Part shown: positions 27,361 through 40,762 of the stretch, in pieces
How the letters are laid out: each line of letters begins with the position of its first letter
How positions within the stretch are numbered: the first letter of the stretch is position 1
Assembly (NCBI RefSeq): GCF_009914755.1
Contig: NC_060932.1
DNA: 64,000 nucleotides
DNA from: the human T2T-CHM13v2.0 reference genome, Homo sapiens
Reading direction: 5' to 3' (one strand)
Made by a program: the position numbers and the translations under genes
Notes under the pieces: generated by a model
Database searches by the model: none
What the model was told of the DNA's origin: nothing
Seen by the model: the letters and a program-made list of their open reading frames with translations, nothing else

Positions 27361-30194
27361 AATAAAATGTGTCCTCTTGAAAACTCTGGTTTGAGCGAGC
27401 ACAACTGTTCTCAATCTACATGAAATGCTGCTCTTGATAATAGAGTGACATTTAAGAGCAGATTTAAAAATGTGCCATGCTTAAAAAAAATTAACTACTT
27501 GTCTCAAGGCATGTGACAAAAATCCATCCTCTATAAATGTCATTGATAAGAAATTTTCATATAAAAATTTTCCACATTAGAATGTGTGTGTCTGTGTGTG
27601 TGTGTGTGCATGCATAGGGAGCTTCTTAAGACACGAACAAATTATTGAGTTAGATCATTATGACATCTGATGAAGTCATCAAATAAACACAAAAACAAAC
27701 ATTCAACATATTTGCCTTTTATGTTTGATAAATGCCTACACATTTCACTTAAAGTGTACAAAGAACTGGATCAGGGGACATACACATTTTGGCAGAGCTG
27801 AGGAGGTAAGGAAAGATCTATACCACAGTTAGCAGTGTGGTATTCTCACCTTGAGCAGATGGCATAAAAGACCAGATTCTAGCAAGGGGTTGGTGCCGCA
27901 TTAGGAGAGGCACACCAACATTAAAGTGCTCAAAGGACAACTTTTGTAAACTTCACAGTTTAGTTCAGAGGCTTTCATGAGTAGTGAGTTAGAATTTTGG
28001 CTGCCTATTCCAATAATTAGATCTCCTCAAAATGACTCTTCTTCCCTTTACCATGGTAAGCCCTTTTAGAATGGCTCGTGAACTAGATTAGAGTCATTGA
28101 AGTCAATTTCAAGATCTGGAAATACCAGAAAGAAAATTAGAAAAAAAGAGAAATATTTCCCTTTGAATCTTCATAGACTGAGAACCTCATAGACATTTAC
28201 CAAATAATAACCAAGAAATAGTTTTGGAAATACAGAAGGAATAACAAGTGTCTACTATTTTAGGAAACCTTGAATGGAAATATAAATGGAGGAAAGATTT
28301 ACAGATAATTTTATTTTTCTTCTTCGTGACTTTTTATCTTTTTTTACACAGTATACAATAATCATTCTTATTATAATTTATAAAATTTTATATTTTTATA
28401 GTTGTTTGAAATATGCTGTTCTGTCAGACTGAAAGTTTCATTAACATATGGTTCTGACTATTGTGTTTCTTACAATATCCACAGTCCCTAGGATAAGATC
28501 TAGCAAATGCATGGTAAATATTTCTTATTCGATTAATTGATGAATGATGACTGAATGAAGAGTAAATGAATAAAAAATAAACCATAACCTCTGTTTCCAT
28601 TCCCATATGTAGGGAGGTTGACAGCCACCAATCTGTCCCAATAGGTAAAAAGTTAAAAAATTGAAAAATCAACCACTCTTCTTAGATTAATAAGTGAGGA
28701 CCCAGGTCAAACCTGTGTGTCTTACCTCCAGGACTTTGACCAGGTTCTCACAGTAAATATGGAAGAAAAATCTCCCCTAGCTTCTAGCAGGGGAAAAGAA
28801 AAGGAGACCACTTAGAAATATGCCAGAAAGCTTTGTTCTTCTTAACAAGGTCTGTTCTCAGCAGAAGCTAGTTAACCAGAGCCTAACCTATTGGGACTTT
28901 ATTAGAGCCATTCTGACCTGTGGTAGGGAAATATCCAACTCCAGTCCACTTTAGCCTTCCATGTGTGAGAAAAAAATTACCAAATTCCGGCCCACTCTAG
29001 CCATGCTGTTCTGCCTAAGGACGGGAGAAAAAGCACAAACAGTTATGAAACTCACAGTTCAGAGGCATAGGCTCACTAAAAGACTGAGAGTTAATCATAG
29101 CACTATAGAATGCTCTGACCACCTCATTACTAAAGGACTATTTATAGCAATATCTCTTAGTTAGTACATCCTGTTCAGCTATCAAGAAAAATTTACAATG
29201 CATACTAAAAGGAAAAAATACAGTTTGAAGAGACAGAGCATGCATCAGGACGAGACATGACAGGGGTGTTGGAAATATCATACTAGAAATTTAAAACAAC
29301 TATGATTAGTATGCTAAGGCCTCTAAAGGGTAAAGTAGATAGCATGCAAGAACAAATGGGCAATGTATGCAGAGACATGGAAATCCTAAGAAACAACCAA
29401 AGGGAAGTGCTAGAGATCAAAAACACCATAAGAGAAATGAAGAATGCCTTCATAGGGCTTATTAGCAGAGTGGACTCAGCTGAAGAAAAAGCCTCTGAAC
29501 TTGAGGATATATCAATAGAAAACTCCAGCATTGGAAAACCAAGGGAAGAAAGAATTTAGAAAAGAACAGAATATTCAAGAACTGTGGGAAAACTACCAAA
29601 GTTAGAGAGATGTGTAGTGGGAATATTAGAAGAAGAAAGGAAGGAAGAGAAGAAATATTTAAAATATAAAGACAGAGAATTCCCTCAAATTATTGTCAGA
29701 CTCCAAATCACAGATCCAGAAAGCTCAGAGAACACAAGCAGAATAAGTGCTAAAAACATCACAACTAGGCATATCATTTTCAAACTACAGAAAATCAAAC
29801 GAAAAAAATTCTGAAAGAAACCAGAGGGGAAAACACAGCTTACCTATAGAGGAGCAAAGATGAGAATTAAATATGACTTCTTGGAAACCATGCAAAGCAG
29901 AAGAGAGTGGAGTGAAATATTTAAAGTGTTGAGAGATTTTTAAAAAGCACACCAATCTAGAAGTCTGTATTCTACAAAGTTATTTTTGATAACTGAAGAA
30001 AAAATAAAGGTTTTCTCAGACAAATAGAAACTTGAGGGAATTTGTTGCCAGTAGACCTGTCTTGTCAGAAATGTTTAAAAATATTCTTTATAGAGAAAAA
30101 AGTAATACAGGTCAGAAACTTGCAACTACATACAGAAAGGAAGGGCATAGAAAAGAAACAAGTGAAGGTAAAATAAAAGCTTACTTTCTAATTC

Positions 30195-30495
30195 TCTTTT
30201 TTCTCCCCAAGACCTGTCTCTCTCTGTTGCCCAGGCTGGAGTGGAGTGATGCCATCACAGCTCGCTGCAGCCTACATCTCCTAGACTCAAGTGATCCTCC
30301 CACCTCAGCCTCCCTAGTAGCTGGGACTACATGCATGCACCATCATGCATGTAGCTAATCTTTTTAAAAGTTTTTTGTAGAGATGAGGTTTCTCCATATT
30401 GCCTAGGCTGGTCTTAAACTCCTGGGCTCAAGCAATCTACTTGCCTTGGCCTCCCAAAGTGCTGGGTTTATAGTAGTGAGCCACCATGCCTAGCC
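30195..30495 (-). mobile_element. AluJ within L1
   Basis: Antisense diverged Alu. Confidence 0.9.
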
Positions 30496-32460
30496 TATTT
30501 TTTAACTCTCATTTGATCTAACAGATAAAAGTTTGTTTGAAATAATAATAGCAGCAATGTATTTAATTAGGTATGCTTATGTATATACTTTATGTATATA
30601 TATATGCTCATGTATAAGTGAAATGAATGGCAGCAATGATACAAAGGATGGGAGAGAAGAATTAGAATTATTTTGTTATCATAAGGTACTCACAGTACCT
30701 GTGAAGCAGTATCATGTTATTTGAAAGTTACCTTGAACGGCAGATGGAAGGGCCCATACTGAGTGCATGTTGCATCACTGCTGTCTTTTAAAAAAAGTAA
30801 GTAAGTAAGTAATCCTGAATTAGTCATAAATATTTATTGCAAACTCTAGTTAAAAAAAATATATAACCGATATGCTAAGAAAGGAGGAAACAATGCAGTC
30901 TTATAAAATGCTCAATTAAAACAACGGTAGGCAGAAAAAAAGTGGAAGACAAAAACAGAAATAAAGAAGGGTAACAAATTGAAAACAATAGGAAATGTGG
31001 TAGATATTAATCTAACATATCAATAATTACTTTGAGCATCAATAATTAAATGCATCAATTAAAAGATAGAGATTGGTGGTATGGATCAAAACACAAGGCC
31101 CGACATATGTTATCTACAAGAAACCCACTTTAAATATAAAGATATGTATAGCTTACAAGTAAATGAATGGAGAAAGTTATACCGTGCTAACACTGATAAA
31201 AGTGAGAGCATCTATATTAATTTTAGATAAAGGAGACTTCAAAGCAAGAAATTTATCAGGAATAAACAGGGGCACTAAATACTGATAAAGGGGTCAATTG
31301 TCCAAGAAAACATAACAATTCTTAACATGTCTGTCCTTAACAGCAGAGCATCAAAATACTGGAGATAAAACTGATATAACTGCAAAGAGAAATAGATATA
31401 ACTGATATAACTGCAAGGAGAAACTATTATAGTTTGCAGACTTCAACAACTCTCTATCAAAAATAGACAGATACAGCATGTAGATAATCAGTAAGGACAT
31501 AGGTGAGCTCAACAACAGCACCAATTAACTGAATATAATTGACATCTTTAGACTACTTTTTCCAACAAGAGTAGAGTACATTCTTCTCAAGTTCACATGA
31601 AACATTCACAAAGACTGCCTATGTAGTAAATCCAAACCAATTAACAAGCAAACTCTTGGAACCAGTAGGAGACTATAGCAAGAATGCAGGATGCAAGGTT
31701 AATATATAAAAGTCAACCACTTTCCTACATATCAGCAATAAAAAAATGAAATTTGACATTTAAAACACAATATCATTTACATTAGCACCACTCAAAATGA
31801 AATATGTAGGCACAAATTTAACAAAATATGTAAAAGATATAGATGAGAATAACTATAAAACTCTGATAAAAGAAATCAAAGAGGAATTAATGGAGAGATT
31901 GCATGGTTATTGATAGGAAGACTCAAATTGTCAAGATGTCAGTTCTTCTCAACTTGATCTAGGAAACTCAATGCAATCCCAGTCAAAATCTCAGCAAGTT
32001 ATTTTGTGGATATCAACAAATTCTAAAGTATATATGCAGAGGCAAAACAGCGAGAATAGCCAACACAATATTGAAGAAGAACAAAATTGGAGGGCTAGCA
32101 GTATTTAAATTAGAAAAATTATAACAAAAGTATAGTAATAAAGATAATGTGGTATTGGCAAAAGGATAGATGAATAGATTAATGAAAAATAATAAAGAAC
32201 CCAGAAATAGACCCACATACATATAGTCAAGTGATTTTTAACAAAGAAGCAGAGACAATACAATGGAGAAAAGATAGTCTTTTCAACAAATTATTCTGGA
32301 ACAACTGGACATCCACATTAAAAAAAAGAATCTAAACACAGATTTATACCCTTTACAAAAATTAGCTCAAAACTGATCACAGGCCTAATGTAATATGAGT
32401 TTTATAAAACTCTAGAATATAACAGGAGAAAATCTAAATGACCTTGGTTATGATAATGGC

Positions 32461-32757
32461 TTTTTATTTTTATTTTTAGAAACAGATACTGTCTCTCTGT
32501 GTCACCCAGGGTGAAGTGCAGTGGCACGATCATAGCTGACTAGAGGCTCGAACTCCTGAGCTCAAGTGATTCTCCTGCCTCAGCCTCCTGAGTAGCTGGG
32601 ACAACAGGTGCATGCCACCATGCCCAGCTTATTTTTAAAATGTTTTGTAGGGATGTAGTCTTGTTATGTTGCCCAGGCTGGTCTTGAACTCTTGGGTTCA
32701 AGCAATCCTCCTGCCTCAACCTCCCAATATGCTGGGTATGAGCCACTATGCTCAGCC
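32461..32757 (-). mobile_element. AluJ within L1
   Basis: Antisense Alu; degenerate TSD 'ataatggcttttt' / 'attatgacttttt'. Confidence 0.9.
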
Positions 32758-33357
32758 AATTATGACTTTTTAGATACAACACCAACGGCATGATCCATAA
32801 AAGAATTGATAAGCAGGACTTCATTAAAATTAAAAATTTCTGCTCTGTGAAGGACACTATCAAGAGAATGAAAAGCAAAGCCACAGTCTAGAAGAAAATG
32901 TTTTCAAAAAACACATCTAATAAAGGATTGTTATCCAAAATATACAAATACCTATTAAAACTTAACAATAAGGGAACAAACAACCAGATTACAAAAATGG
33001 GTCAAAGACCTTAACAGTCATCTCATCAAACAGGATATATACCAAATTAACATATGAAAAATTATCCATATCATGTGTCATTAGGCAAATGCAAATTAAA
33101 CAATAAGATACCACCACACATCTGTTAGAATGGCCAAAATCCAGAACACTGACAACACCAAATGCTGCTTAGGATGTGGAGCAACAGGAACTTTCATTCA
33201 TTGCTGCCAGAAATGCAAAGTGTTACAGCCACATTGGAAGACAGTTTGGTGGTTTCTTACCACACTGAACTACTCTTACCGTACAATGTAGCAACGAAGT
33301 TTCTCGGTATTTAGGCAGTGGAGTTGAAACATATCCATACAAAAACCTGCACACTGA

Positions 33358-33656
<299 letters not shown>

Positions 33657-34934
33657 TCTGCACACTGATCTTTACAGCAGCTTTGATTATAATTGCCAAA
33701 ACTTGGATGCAACCAAAATATCCCTCAGTAGGTCAATGGATCAATAAACTGTGGTACATTCAGACAGTGGAATATTATTCAGTGCTAAGAAGGAAAAAGT
33801 TATAAAGCACTGAAAAGATGTGGAGGAAATTTAAGTTTACATTATTAAGTGAAAGAAGCCAATCTGAAAAGGCTACTTACTCTCTCATTCCATTGACATT
33901 CTGAAAAAGGCAAAACTATGGAGACAGTAAAATATCAGTAATTGCTAGTGGTTGGGGGGACAGAGGGATGAATAGAACACATAGGATATTTAGGGCAGTG
34001 AAAATACTTGGTGTGACATGATAATGGTGGATACATATTATTATACTTTCATCCAAACCTATAGAATGTATAATACCAAGAGCGAACTCTAATTTAAACT
34101 ATGAACTTTGGGTGATAATGATGCGCTAATGTCAATGCAGGTTCATCAGTTGTAGCAAATGTACCACTCTGATGAGGGATGTTGATAGTGGGAGAGGCTA
34201 TGCATGTGTGCAGGCAGAATATATTTGGGATATATCCATACTTTTCTCTCAGTTTTCCTGTTAATATAGAACTGCTCTAAAAACAGGGAGACCTTTAAAA
34301 ATAAAAATAATAATTAAAAAATCATAAAGGAGCCAACATTTGAATTAAAATTTATCACTAGAAGTATGGTCTAAGAAAGTATTATATAGGAAGGAGCGAC
34401 CAAGCAAATAAAGAGCTAGAACACACTAAAAAATTATCATTATCACTCATTTTTTCATAGCCTAGTTCTAAACTTCTTGATCATTTTTCACTCTAAATCT
34501 TATTTTGCTTCACATCCTCTGAGCTTCTGACATCATTATTTGGTTTCCTGTATATAACTTCCAAGTAACCCAGATCAGTCTTATTATCCATCATCTGGAA
34601 TTTCTCACTGCCTTGGCATGCCTTCCATATTGCAATCCCTGGGACCCACATTCGAATGAATCACATATGAGGTTAGTGTGATCTTCGACACAGTGCTGTG
34701 TGGGCTGCTGAATTTACTGCCTTTGCCTGACTTGGGCTCTGTGGATAGATTTCCCAACTGCACACAAGGTTTCAGCATACTTTGGGGGTCTACAATCCCG
34801 GTGTTGGCCATACTCCACTTAGCTCAGTTCTAACAATTTTCTGTGGTGACACACGTTGTAGGTAGGTTTTCAAATGAAATTCAGAAAATCACTCACCCTT
34901 TGAAGAAATGTGTCTCAAGGCAGAAAGAAAAGGT

Positions 34935-37050
34935 TGACATCAGCAAAAATGACATATTAGAGAATTCCAAAAGTTTATTCCTACACAAAAACAACAAATA
35001 AACTGGCAAAACTGTCAGAATCAACTTTCATAGAACTCTGGAAACTAACCAGATATAACCAAATGCTTGTAACAAACAGAAAAATGCTTAATAAACAAAA
35101 AAACCAACTGAATATCAATAAGAGAGCTTTGTGGCATTTTAACTTACCCTAATCCCACCCCTCAGAATTCTATATTTGGTAAAACTATCCTTCAAAACTG
35201 AAGAAAAACTAAAACATTTCCATTCAAACAAAAATCGAGTTTGTTACTAATAGACCTGCCCTACAATAAATGTTAATGATAATTGTTCAGGCTGAAATGA
35301 ATATACTTTTGGTTTTTAACTCTTTTTCTTATATAATGAAGAAAACCGCATAATTCAATAATTATAAGTTGATGTTCATGGCAGCACGGTATAAAAAGAT
35401 ACAATTTGTGACAATAATAACATAAACAGAAGACAGCAATATCATGTATATACTAACAAAAACAAATTGGTAATAATCTGAGCTAAATTATCATAAATTA
35501 AGATGTAAATTGTAATCAGCAGAACAACCACTAAGAAAATAACTAAAACATATTTAGTAAAAGAAAAAAAGGAAATTGTGATTCATTAGAAAATATTTAT
35601 TTAACACAAAAGAAGACGTAGAAATTGAAGAACAAAAAAGATATAACATACAAAAATCAATGAAAAGTGGCAGAAATAAATACTTTTTTATCAGTAATTA
35701 CATTAAATGTAAATTTAATAAACTTTCCAATTAAATGGTAGATACTTGCAGATTGGATCAAAAAATAATCCAAGTATGGGCTTTCTACAAAACACTCATT
35801 TTAGACGTAAAGACACACATAAGTTGAAGGTAAAAGGATGGAAAAAGATATTTCAGGCAAATAGTAATCAAAAGAGAACAGGAGGGGCTATACTAATACC
35901 AAACAAAATAGACTCAAATACAAAAACTTTTTTAAAGAGACGAGGATATTATATAATGATAAAAGTGTCAGTCACCTAAGATGTTGTAACAATTAGTTGC
36001 ATTTATGCCCCTAATAACGGAGCATCAAAATATATCAATTGAATAACAACAGAATTGATGGGAGAAATAGGTAGAGACTACAATACTCCTGTTTCAGTAA
36101 CGAAAAGAACAACCAAATATATGAACATCAAGCAAAAAGAAGATTAGAGTAACACATAAATCAGCTAGACCTGACAGACATGCACAGAACAATCCACTCA
36201 ACAACAGATACACATTCTTCTCAAGTGAAAATGAAGCATTACTCAGCATGGACCATGTATGTGGTCACTAAACAACCTCAATAAATCAAAAAAGATGGAA
36301 ATCATAAAGGTGTCTTCCCTGATCATAGTGGAATAAAATTAGAAGTCAGTAGTCAAAGGAAATCTGGAAAATGTACAAATATGTGAAAACTAATCAACTC
36401 AAATAACCAATGTATCAAAGAAGAAACCACATAAAAAACTTAGAAAATTCTTTGAGATAAATAAAAATGAAAAACTAACATACTAAAATGTACGGGGATG
36501 CAGAAAAATCAGTGCTCAGAAGGAATTTATGGCTATGAATGCCTACATTAAAAAGAAATATAGATTACAAACATATAGCTCAACTTCTACCATAAGAAAT
36601 TAGAAAAAGAAGAACTAAACTCAATGCAAAAGAAAGAGAGGAACTAACAAAGATTTAGAATGGAAATAACAAAAAAAAGAATAAAAAATCAGGTGATTCA
36701 GCAAAACCAAAATTGGTTCTTTGAGAAAATCAATAAAACTGACACATTTTTAGCTAGAATGACCAAAGGAAAAAGAAGACCATTTTAATTAATGACACAT
36801 TTGAAGTTGGAGTGGTAGTACCAACAATTACTCAAACTACTAAAATAAGGATGAAAAGTAGAACTATTGCTATTAACCCTAAATAAATAAAAATGATTTT
36901 TAAAAAATATTATGAACACTTGTGTTCCAACAAATTAGGCAACCTAGAAAAAAAAAAGAACAAATTCCCAGAAAACACAAACTACCAATATTGACTCAAG
37001 AGAAAATAAAACATATGAATAAATCTATAAGAAGTAGAAAGACTGAATCA
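34935..37050 (+). mobile_element. Old L1 (L1MB/L1M-like), 5' part: 5' end, ORF1 end, ORF2 EN region
   Basis: EN remnant LQNTHFRRKDTHKLKVKGWKKIFQANSNQKRTGGAILIPNKID (35746-35979); jump from the 5' UTR to late ORF1 near 35160. Confidence 0.85.
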
Positions 37051-40025
37051 AGGAACTACAAAAACCAGGGCATATAGTGTGAAGATGTTGTCTCATTTTG
37101 TAGATTGGCATTATTAGCTTCCTGAAGAACCTTTGCTAAAATGTTGTCTTAGCTACCCTTTACGGGTATCATAGAGGCTAAGAGAATTAAAGTGATTCAC
37201 AAAAAATGGGAGGAAAACAAAATGGATTTTCAACATACCTGCCCTGATGGGGCGGAAGTCTTTAAGTTGTTATTACAGAATGGTATTTGTAATATGGACA
37301 GTGACAGTGCAACACAAAGGTCTTAAAGCAACACTACCAGGGGTTGAGTGGACTGATGGTAGGTCCTGATGGTCTCCCAATCTTGAAGGGCCATGAACAA
37401 ACCCACTTTATTTATCCTAGTTTGGAAGAATGTACAAAGTCGGAAGGCAAAATGGCAATGAGAAACCAAACCTTGAATTACCATGGTCAGTTGGCAAATT
37501 AATAAGAATAAAAATTTGATGAAGGGACCTTAGAATCTCTTGTCATAACCCCTGGCATGGGGACCCAAGGTTATATGCACATGTGCGGGTAAAGTGACCA
37601 AGGAGTGGAGAAAAAACTTTTTTTGGAATCCTTGACACAGGAACCCAGTGCAGTAATTGGGCTACAATTAGATAGAGACACTATGGGAATTCAATGAGTG
37701 ATGAAATTAAAGTAGAAGTTTAGGTGAAAATTGGAATGTTTGAACAAATTTATGTGAAGTGATTGTATTTCCTTTACTTGAATGTTTTATTTGAATAGAC
37801 GTTATGTCTGACTGAGAAACACCTCCACTATCTAGCATTGCAAAATAAAAGGCATGTAACACTTTGGCCATTATTAATTTGAAATACTAAATGTGGATCT
37901 ATAGAATTGCCTGATCCCATACAGGTTGTAAATTTGAAACATTATTGCATAACTGGTGGTAAAAAAAGATGACCACTTTAATTAATGGCAGTTTGAAGTT
38001 GTAGTGGTAGCAACAGCAACTTTTTTGTACACTCGCACTGTGTAGCCCATAAAAAAGGCAAATCGCTTATGGAGTCTAAGAGTAGATTATTAAGGATTGA
38101 ATAAAATAGTACTAAGTATAGCAGCAGGTTCATGGCATGGTTTCAGCAGTGCCAAAAACTGCAAAAACAAAAAACTGAAAGAGACTTGTGCTCAGTGAGT
38201 GGTTTTGTAGATGCTATTTTCTCACTCTTCGTCTCAGAAAAGAGTCTACTACAGTTTGTCTTAATGTGGCAATAATCCCAATTTACATTTCCTGTATTAC
38301 CCACAGGGTTATTTAAATTCACCAGCTTCTGCCATAATTTGGTTAGAAAGAATTTGAACTCAATGCAGGTCCCCAGTGTAATAATATACTATATTTTGAT
38401 AATATCATGACAGTAAGTGAGGAGCAAGTGAGAACTGGCTTAGATAAAGCAATGAGACATATGATTAACAGAGGCTGCTTGATAAATCAAGCAAAATCCA
38501 AGGGTTTGCCCAAATGATGAAGCTCTTAGAATTACTTGGACAGGACCAGTAGTGACAGAAATTCTAAAGACAACGAAGAATAAACTATTGTCATTGCCTA
38601 CCCCTGGAATTGAGCAGAGCACCTGAAGGCCATATTTGAATGGGGAACTGAATAACAGCAGGCTATATCAAAATTGCAAAAAGTGGTGGCTCAATCCATT
38701 CTTCTGGGCCTTTATGATCTAGACTCAAATTATTTTAGAAGTATCTGTAACTCCTACTTATGTCAATTAAAGTTTATGACAAAAGCCCATGAGTGCTGTC
38801 CAACAGTGACCACCGGGATTTTGGAGCAATATTTTCACACATGGTGGTATGGTGCATACCATTTGAAAAATAATTATTGGCTTATTACTGGGCCTTAATT
38901 TAAACTTCCCATATGACTGAAGGCCATATAACATTCTTGAAACCTTAAATACTCGTAATGTCAGAGAAACACTCTAACAAGGAGAACAGTGCCAAGAAGA
39001 GTTCCGTAATAAAGTGAAAACGGTCTATACAGGAAGATAGTACTGGAAGAATGCAAGATAATACTCATAGTATGCATGATAAGGTAGCCCCTTTTCCTTC
39101 TGGACTGACTTTGTAACCACTTGAGGAGCTTCCAGATTTTATGATCACATGGATGGTATCCTATTTATAACTCTTCATTGACCAACAAGAAGTTGTTTGG
39201 TTTATGAATTGCATTTCCAAGGTGGATGGACAGCATCCTGTTTGGAAGGCCATCACATTACAACTGACTGATAGAAAACTCTGATTGAAGAAGATAAGAA
39301 CAAGCCATCTCTGGCTAAATTGCATGCTGTTTTCCTTGCAGTGATGGAGGAATTTAACAACAATGAAAGTTCCAACGTTTGGGTGTATATTGACTCATGA
39401 GTGGTGGCCAGTGGCCTGGCCATATGGGCAGGCAAAAGGGAAATGGAAAACTGACTTATTAAAGGGACACCTGAATAGAGCACAGTCCTGAGGTAAATCA
39501 CTCTATGGGAATTTAAGGGACACATTAAAGTAGGACATATAGATACCCATCAAAATAATCTTTCCTTAAGGCTGTCTCTACTCCAAACTGACTCCTTCAA
39601 ATGTTAGGCATATTCATGCGGATGCAATTGCTATATCAGGCATATATCAAATGCTCTATAAAAATAATCTTCTTACTTAATTGAAAAGGCACTAGAACCA
39701 GTTAGAGCCAGGATACCCTGGTGCACTCCCTTTAGGTGGCCACCTGGATCAAGAAATGAGTGTACATGAGATTTCTGCAGTAATGCTAAGATGAGTGATT
39801 ATCGACATATTCCTCTCATGCCTTCTAAAAGCAAAGTACCATCCTAAGAGATAGAAATTGTAGATGGCTGTGAGACAGACCTCCGGGCGGAAGGCCCTGC
39901 ATATATCCGGCACGTAGAAATCATTGGATCTCTACCAGTAACCCTGGGAGACTATAAATTGGTCCTGACGGTGGATAGACATTTGATCTTGACTGGGCTT
40001 TGCATACTTAATGATAGATGTGAGT

Positions 40026-40230
40026 TGTATTAGTCTGCTTGGGCTACCATATCAACATACACAGACTGGATGGCTAAAACTACAGATGTTTATTTTATCA
40101 CAGTCTGGAGGCTAAAAGTCCAAGATCAAGGTGCTAGCAGTATCGGTTTCTGGTAAGGCCTTTCCCCTTGGCTTGCAGATAGCCACTTTCTTGCCATATT
40201 CTCAAATGGTCTTTTCTCTATGTGAGTGTA
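40026..40230 (-). mobile_element. MLT1 LTR fragment followed by (GA)n (40250-40298)
   Basis: 'tgtattagtctgcttgggctaccata...cagtctggaggctaaaagtccaagatcaaggtgctagcag'. Confidence 0.8.
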
Positions 40231-40246
40231 GAGAAAAAGAGAAAGG

Positions 40247-40298
<52 letters not shown>

Positions 40299-40470
40299 CT
40301 GATGCTAATATGGAAGACCCAACATTTTTTTGGTCCAGAACATGTATTCTAACTGTATTGAGACCACTAGTACACAATATCAACAACATTCATAATGGAT
40401 TAATCAACAGAAAAGGGGCTTTAGGAGAGCTAAGTGGCAGACTAAGCATCATGGGATAAGCTGAATTTGC

Positions 40471-40762
40471 TTTTTTTTTTTTTGAGACAGTTTCACTCTG
40501 TCGCCCAGGCTGGAGTGCAGTGATGTGATCTCGGCTCACTGCAACCTCTGGCTCCTGGGTTCAAACAATTCTCATGCCTCAGCCTCCTGAGTAGCTGGAA
40601 CTACAGTCATTTGCCACCATGCCTGGCTAATTTTTTGGTATTTTTAACAGAGATGGGGTTTCACCATGTTAGCCAGGCTGGTCTTGAACTCCTGACCTCA
40701 AATCTGCCTGCCTCGGCCTCCCAAAGTGCTGTGATTACAGGCGTGAGCCACTGCACCCCGCC
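40471..40762 (-). mobile_element. AluS
   Basis: Antisense Alu; TSD AAGCTGAATTTGCTTTT on both sides. Confidence 0.95.

Noticed and set aside
29283-30358. ORFs resembling coiled-coil proteins
   Set aside because: Broken L1 ORF1 remnants and their antisense frames.
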